A stretch of 64,000 nt of DNA from an uncultured Actinomycetes bacterium (GTDB taxonomy: Bacteria > Actinomycetota > UBA4738 > HRBIN12): positions 46,256 through 110,255 of the forward strand of contig CAWBVL010000004.1 in assembly GCA_963792215.1 (NCBI GenBank), written 5' to 3'. Every line of letters starts with the position of its first letter. Position 1 is the first letter of the stretch. The notes beneath the pieces are model-generated. The model was not told the DNA's origin. It saw only the letters and a list, made by a program, of their open reading frames with translations, and made no database searches. Below are positions 63,926 to 64,000 of this stretch, in pieces. The translations under genes were made by a program, and so were the position numbers.

Positions 63926-64000
63926 CTAGCTGAACGCGGGGTGCCAGCGCACCTCGCCGGACATCGCTCGCACACGGATGTCGTCCATCACTGCGATCTG
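63926..64000 (-). CDS. 3' end of an unidentified gene entering from the right edge
   Basis: The minus frame reads ...QIAVMDDIRVRAMSGEVRWHPAFS* with good GC3. Too short to assign. Confidence 0.25.
   Translation of the reverse strand, partial: QIAVMDDIRVRAMSGEVRWHPAFS

Overview
High-GC (roughly 68-70% by eye, not computed) chromosomal segment with actinobacterial gene content. No rRNA, CRISPR array, transposase or integrase was found. From 1 to about 49.4 kb almost everything is on the minus strand.

Layout:
- 1-8.8 kb: a type IV pilus cluster, in minus-strand order Roadblock-like protein, pilB, pilT, pilC, pilA, then three further prepilin-like genes.
- 8.9-46 kb: housekeeping genes in the order I recall from the mycobacterial Rv2552c-Rv2614c region: aroE, mltG, ruvX, alaS, rarA, aspS, hisS, dtd, relA, apt, secF, secD, yajC, ruvBAC, yebC, pdxT, pdxS, a pimA / acyltransferase / PI-synthase-like operon, a HIT protein and thrS.
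- 46-64 kb: more accessory. It holds a MacB/FtsX ABC exporter, a SigK/RskA-like pair, four minus-strand tRNAs (Val-CAC, Val-GAC, Cys-GCA, Gly-GCC) separated by ~6 kb blocks, a relic tRNA-Val-flanked islet, a CPA2 antiporter and a signalling cluster (ANTAR, STAS, RsbW-like).

Observations most worth a second look:
1. About 36.24-39.8 kb: five consecutive genes can only be read by hopping reading frame roughly every 100 nt, while their protein sequence stays conserved. The 35 kb to the left contains a single such break. This is either an unpolished assembly patch or very recent gene decay.
2. A degenerate copy of the 3' half of tRNA-Val(GAC) lies 2.2 kb from the intact gene and brackets cargo that looks lower in GC.
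3. A Roadblock/LC7-like protein with a long disordered tail sits directly upstream of pilB, and a 495-aa prepilin carries PKD, Ig-like and FN3-like modules.
4. In the signalling cluster, both the receiver domain and the STAS domain lack their phospho-acceptor residues.

I cannot point to a clearly novel multi-gene system. All calls rest on hand translation and motif recognition; no searches were run.
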